From contig NMRA01000048.1 of assembly GCA_002633005.1 (NCBI GenBank), positions 686,303-750,302 of the forward strand: a stretch of 64,000 nt of DNA, written 5' to 3'. Positions 63,852 through 64,000 of this stretch are shown in pieces. Made by a program: the position numbers and the translations under genes. The notes beneath the pieces were generated by a model. That model saw only the letters and a program-made list of their open reading frames with translations. It ran no database searches and was not told the origin of the DNA. Every line of letters begins with the position of its first letter. Position 1 is the first letter of the stretch. This DNA comes from Phoronis australis (Eukaryota > Animalia > Phoronida).

Positions 63852-64000
63852 AACTAAATAACGTTCTGTGTTTTTATTGCTCTAAAATGTGTGGTTGAAT
63901 TGAGAGCTTAAACATGTATTTGCATGCTCCTAACTACGCTAATGTATAACGGCAACTACGACAATGCTATTTTTAATCTACGCAACGCACTTATTGTGTT

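Overview
AT-rich, intron-containing eukaryotic DNA, most likely a marine invertebrate (inferred from repeat types; species not determinable). I assembled genes by hand from GT-AG sites and phase continuity. (1) + strand DCLRE1B/Apollo (SNM1B) nuclease: two coding exons (13771-13888, 18237-21424), ~1101 aa with a very long low-complexity C-terminal tail. (2) A small + strand uncharacterised gene at 25602-26268 split by one extra base. (3) A 20-exon - strand EF-hand + WD40 gene of the WDR49/EFCAB8/WDY-like ciliary family (31104-48394, ~1196 aa). It has three phase-compatible candidate first coding exons and canonical RFX X-boxes upstream. (4) Two internal exons of another - strand gene near 58.8-61.1 kb. 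The rest is transposon debris (LINE 3' ends, Harbinger and 5-bp-TSD MITEs, Helentron-type HINEs, foldback palindromes), minisatellites and two N-joined assembly duplications. I see no CRISPR array, rRNA, credible tRNA gene or evidence of a wholly new biological system; the most interesting items are gene-structure oddities.
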